Origin: a virus
Lineage: Duplodnaviria; Caudoviricetes
Length of the DNA stretch: 43,944 bases
Reading direction: 5' to 3' (one strand)
Virus record (IMG/VR): IMGVR_UViG_3300049926_000057
Span: 1-43,944 of that record
The translations under genes and the position numbers were made by a program. Below the pieces are notes generated by a model, which was given only the letters and a program-made list of their open reading frames with translations, did not search any database and was not told where the DNA came from. Position 1 is the stretch's first letter, and every line of letters begins with the position of its first letter. This document shows positions 40,494-43,944 of this stretch, piece after piece.

Positions 40494-42689
40494 ATGGCTG
40501 ACGACGTCCGCACAGAACCAAACGACGATGAAACTGAGGACCAGGCTGATGCTCGGGCCAAGGCGCTTGACCGCAAAGCGCTGGCGAAGCTCGACCGCGA
40601 CGAGGAACTGTCCACCAAGAAGTCGATCAACAAGGCCCTGCTCGACCTCTACAAGGACGTCGAGAAAGGGTTCGACGAGCAGCGCGGGCGCGCCGACCAG
40701 CAGATGGACGACTGGGACATCTTCAACTGCCAGCTCGGGCCTAAGCAGTTCTACAACGGCACCGCGCAGCTGTTCATGCCGATCGTGCGCAACGCGATCG
40801 AGGCGCGCAAGACGCGGTTCACCAACCAGATCTTTCCGACCTCGCAGCGCAACGTCGAGGTGATCTCGTCCGACGACATGTCGCCAAATGCGCTGGTGGC
40901 GCTGCTTGAGAACTACATCAAGAAAGCGCGGCTGCGCACCGAGGTGATGCCGGCCTTGATGAAGAACGGCGACGTCGAGGGGCAGTACAACATTTACGTC
41001 AGCTGGCGGAAGACATCGCGGCACGTCGTGCAACGCGTCAAGAAGCCGGTTGAGGTCGAGGAAGGTCTCGAAGATCCCGGCGAGACCGTCGACACGATCG
41101 AGAAGGAGACCCTGACGCATGGTGCGCCGAAGGTCGAGGTGATCGCGGACTCCGACGTCTTGATCCTGCCGCAGACGGCGGACTCGATTGATGAGGCGCT
41201 CGCGCAGGGTGGCAGTGTGACGATCCTGCGGCGATGGAGCAAAACCCAGATCCGTCGCATGATCAAGGAGAAGGACCTTGAAAAGAAAGCCGCTGAGAAG
41301 CTTCTCAAAACCATGTCCGACGACACGGGGGGCTCGCAGAAGCGCGACAAACCAAAAGAAATGGTGGACGCAGCTGGTGTCAAAAAGGACGGCCGAGGAA
41401 AATTCGCGCTTGTCTACGAGACATGGACCGTCCTCAACATCGACGGAGAGCGACGTCTATGTCGAACTTATCTCGGTGGGCCCGACAACGTACTTGGTGC
41501 TAAACGCAACCCGCTCTGGTCCGATCATCTTCCCCTTATTTCCTGCCCAGTTGCAAAAGTTCAAGGAGCTTTCAAAGGGCGATCTCAGATCGACCCCGTG
41601 CGGGACCTACAGTATCTTGCAAACGACACCATTAACGAAGCTGCGGATAGTGCAGCCTACGCCCTGATGCCGATCATCATGACCGACCCGATGAAGAACC
41701 CGCGGATCGGCAGCATGATCTTGTCGATGGCCGCGATCTGGGAAACCAATCCCAATGACACCAAGTTCGCGCAATTTCCCGAGCTGTGGAAGCAGGGACT
41801 GGAGATGGTTGCGACCATCAAGAGTGAAGTGTTCCAGACCCTCAGCGTCAACCCGGCTGCGATTACTCAGAGCAATTCTCTCAAGAAGCAAAACCAGGCG
41901 GAGGTGGCGCAGAACCAACAGGTTGACATTCTTACGACGGCGGACGCGGTCACGGTCGTCGAGGAAGGCATCCTGACGCCGATGCTCAATCGCATGATCG
42001 AGCTCGACCACCAGTACCGCGACGAGGAGATGACGGTCGCGCAGTATGGCGAGCTCGGGCATCGCGCCAACATGGAGAAGATCCCGCCGGTCCAGTTCAA
42101 CCGCCACTACCAGTTCCGCTGGCTTGGCGTCGAGAGCGCACGCAACGCGCAGATGATCCAGCAGCAGATCGCCGGCATGAACGTGATCCGCGGCATTCCG
42201 CCCGAGCAGCTCAACGGCTACAAGGTCAACCTGGTGCCGGTGATCGCGAAGTTCGTCGAGAACACGTTCGGCCCGCGGCTCGCGCCGCTGATCTTCATCT
42301 CCCCGGAGATGCAGATGCCAGTGCCGGTCAACGAGGAGAACATGTTGCTGTCGGAGGGCTACAAAGTCCCGACGCACGACATGGACGATGACGACCAGCA
42401 CATCCAGGCCCACATGATGGCGATGAAGCTCAACGAGGCGCAAGGCGGCGCCGGCAGCGCCAAGAAGTTTCAGGAGCACATCTTCCTGCACATGCAGCAG
42501 AAGGCGAAGAAGCAGCAGGCCGCGATGCAGCAACAGCAGGGAGCGCCGGGCATGCCCGGCGGCGCCGGCCCCGGTACTCCGGGCACTCCGCGCGCTGGCG
42601 CGCAGCCGGGCCAGTCGCGCGGCGGGCAAGGTCCGCCGGGGATGATTCACTCCGACCAGATGCCGGGTTCAATGCCGAGGAAAATGTAG
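40494..42689 (+). CDS. Portal protein (P22-like, with long Gln/Pro-rich tail)
   Basis: 731 aa after terL; G.S....V.DLQ...N...N...D pattern; D.H..H...H and Q/G/P-rich C-terminus. Confidence 0.85.
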   Translation: MADDVRTEPNDDETEDQADARAKALDRKALAKLDRDEELSTKKSINKALLDLYKDVEKGFDEQRGRADQQMDDWDIFNCQLGPKQFYNGTAQLFMPIVRNAIEARKTRFTNQIFPTSQRNVEVISSDDMSPNALVALLENYIKKARLRTEVMPALMKNGDVEGQYNIYVSWRKTSRHVVQRVKKPVEVEEGLEDPGETVDTIEKETLTHGAPKVEVIADSDVLILPQTADSIDEALAQGGSVTILRRWSKTQIRRMIKEKDLEKKAAEKLLKTMSDDTGGSQKRDKPKEMVDAAGVKKDGRGKFALVYETWTVLNIDGERRLCRTYLGGPDNVLGAKRNPLWSDHLPLISCPVAKVQGAFKGRSQIDPVRDLQYLANDTINEAADSAAYALMPIIMTDPMKNPRIGSMILSMAAIWETNPNDTKFAQFPELWKQGLEMVATIKSEVFQTLSVNPAAITQSNSLKKQNQAEVAQNQQVDILTTADAVTVVEEGILTPMLNRMIELDHQYRDEEMTVAQYGELGHRANMEKIPPVQFNRHYQFRWLGVESARNAQMIQQQIAGMNVIRGIPPEQLNGYKVNLVPVIAKFVENTFGPRLAPLIFISPEMQMPVPVNEENMLLSEGYKVPTHDMDDDDQHIQAHMMAMKLNEAQGGAGSAKKFQEHIFLHMQQKAKKQQAAMQQQQGAPGMPGGAGPGTPGTPRAGAQPGQSRGGQGPPGMIHSDQMPGSMPRKM
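41278..41667 (+). CDS. Candidate overprinted gene (+1 frame of portal)
   Basis: AAGGAG upstream of TTG; coincides with an A/T-ending codon patch; C-terminal half looks globular. Confidence 0.4.
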   Translation: MKRKPLRSFSKPCPTTRGARRSATNQKKWWTQLVSKRTAEENSRLSTRHGPSSTSTESDVYVELISVGPTTYLVLNATRSGPIIFPLFPAQLQKFKELSKGDLRSTPCGTYSILQTTPLTKLRIVQPTP

Positions 42690-42953
42690 ATGCACATGAC
42701 ATCAGGCTATCTGAATAGCCAGCTGAACATCGGCGCCGTGACGCAGGTGAAGGTCGGCCCCGGCAAGCTGGTCACGCTCGTGGTCAACGCGGGCGGCACG
42801 GCGACGATCAACGACGCCGCCACGACGGGCGCCGCAGCCGCGGCGAACCAGATCGCGGTTCTCACCGCGGGGTCGTACCAGATCATCTTCCCATTCATCA
42901 ATGGCCTCGTCGTCGCTTCGGCTGGCGCGGCATGTGCGGTGGCGTTCGAATGA
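42690..42953 (+). CDS. Small beta-rich virion-associated hypothetical protein
   Basis: Abuts the portal stop; VK.GPG.L..LVVN...F.NGLVV pattern. Confidence 0.7.
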   Translation: MHMTSGYLNSQLNIGAVTQVKVGPGKLVTLVVNAGGTATINDAATTGAAAAANQIAVLTAGSYQIIFPFINGLVVASAGAACAVAFE

Positions 42954-43944
42954 AAAAGATCCTCGCTCTCCTTTTCGCGCTGTTCGTTTCTCCCGCCGCG
43001 GCGCAGACCATCCCCTCGGGCTCGTGGGGCTCCATCAACTACTGGGGCGTCGGCGGCCTGTCGCAGGTCCTCAGCCCCGGTCTCGCCGGGCAGTGCCTGT
43101 ACACGCAAGGCGTCGGCAGCGCGCCGATCTGGGCGGCGTGCGCGGTGGGGTCGATGTCGAACCTGCCGTCGATCAACACCAACCAGTTCTACGGCAACGT
43201 CAGCGGCAGCTTCGCGCCGCCGGTCGGGGTCGACGTCAACACGATCCTGAACACGGTCGGCTACGACATCGCGCGCCCGCCTGCGGTCGAGTCGATCCTC
43301 TACAAGAGCAACGTCGGACCGGCGTTTAACTGGCAGACCTTGCCGCCGGGCACGACAGGTTCGCTACTGACGTCGGGCGGTCCAACGAACCCGCCATTCT
43401 GGGCGGCCAACGCGATCCAGGCGAACTTGTCCGGGGTGTGCACTACGGTCGGCGCGGTGCTCTATTTCGACACGCCTTCGCTGCAGTGGAAGTGCCTCAA
43501 CCCCGGCACGTCGGGGCAGCTGCTGCAGACTGGTGGCGCTGCCGGGAATCCTTCGTGGCTGACGGTCACGTTGGCGACGTTGGGCGGCGTTCCCTCCACG
43601 CGCAACATCAATACCAGCGCACCGCTGACAGGTGGCGGCGACCTTTCGGCTGATCGCACGCTGGCCTGCCCGACATGTGCGACGACGACGAACGGCGGGG
43701 CGCTCTCGGCGACTGCGCCCGAGACAATCAGCGCAGCAGGCGTCATTGCTTGTCCAACCTGCGCGACCACGACGAACGGCGGGGCACTCTCGGCAACAGC
43801 ACCGGAAACGATCAGCGCTGCCGGTGTAATCGCCTGCCCGACATGTGCGACGACGACGAACGGCGGGGCGCTCTCGGCGACTGCACCGGTGACGATCAGC
43901 GCTGCTGGTGTGGTTGCTTGCGCAACCTGCTCGACGACGTCTGG
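42950..43944 (+). CDS. 5' part of a signal-peptide-bearing fibre-like protein (continues at 183-1494; about 768 aa in total)
   Basis: MKKILALLFALFVSPAAA-QT; PGT.G..L.SGG...P.W repeats; no stop to the window end; missed by the ORF track. Confidence 0.8.
   Translation, partial: MKKILALLFALFVSPAAAQTIPSGSWGSINYWGVGGLSQVLSPGLAGQCLYTQGVGSAPIWAACAVGSMSNLPSINTNQFYGNVSGSFAPPVGVDVNTILNTVGYDIARPPAVESILYKSNVGPAFNWQTLPPGTTGSLLTSGGPTNPPFWAANAIQANLSGVCTTVGAVLYFDTPSLQWKCLNPGTSGQLLQTGGAAGNPSWLTVTLATLGGVPSTRNINTSAPLTGGGDLSADRTLACPTCATTTNGGALSATAPETISAAGVIACPTCATTTNGGALSATAPETISAAGVIACPTCATTTNGGALSATAPVTISAAGVVACATCSTTS
43664..43915 (+). repeat. Three tandem 84-bp in-frame repeats (ACPTCATTTNGGALSATAP[E/V]TISAAGV[I/V])
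   Basis: Units start at 43664, 43748 and 43832, with a partial fourth at 43916. Only one unit is present in the copy at the window start. Confidence 0.92.

Larger units (their letters stand above)
1..43944. mobile_element. Complete circularly permuted temperate phage genome (podovirus-like, with integrase and family A polymerase)
   Basis: Packaging, capsid, tail, replication and integration genes are all present. Positions 1-122 equal 43595-43716 and positions 70-182 equal 43832-43944. No host housekeeping genes. Confidence 0.95.

Noticed and set aside
43664-43915. CRISPR array or DGR template/variable repeat
   Set aside because: The repeats are contiguous in-frame coding units without spacers; there is no reverse transcriptase or cas operon and no adenine-specific variation.
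43595-43944. End overlap interpreted as a biological direct terminal repeat
   Set aside because: It falls mid-gene on a tandem repeat, which is typical of an assembly break in a circular contig rather than a packaging end.

Overview
The window is an essentially complete, circularly permuted temperate podovirus-like phage genome of about 43.6-43.8 kb. The two ends overlap inside one gene. The probable host is an alphaproteobacterium of the Hyphomicrobiales (inference). The + strand carries the late module: terminase, portal, a fibre-like gene that wraps the ends, a non-canonical lysis cluster, scaffold, N4-gp56-type capsid, tail tubular proteins, a collar fibre, a GNAT, three internal virion proteins and a PurD-like ATP-grasp enzyme. 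The - strand carries the early/replication module: HTH regulators, DUF932, family A DNA polymerase, PD-(D/E)XK nuclease, VRR-NUC, SNF2 helicase, SSB-like protein, primase-DUF927 helicase, excisionase and tyrosine integrase. An attP with a tRNA-Asn-like core and two IHF boxes lies between the converging arms. Four signals stand out. (1) There is an apparent second layer of genes overprinted in the +1 frame of core genes (scaffold, primase, helicase, polymerase, terminase, portal, ATP-grasp), marked by local A/T-ending codon patches and Shine-Dalgarno sequences. (2) Several fibre/virion proteins carry Sec-type signal peptides and extra cysteines. (3) A divergent PurD-like ligase and a GNAT sit inside the virion operon. 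(4) The largest internal virion protein has an ADP-ribosyltransferase-like domain. All family assignments come from reading motifs by eye; no database searches were run.
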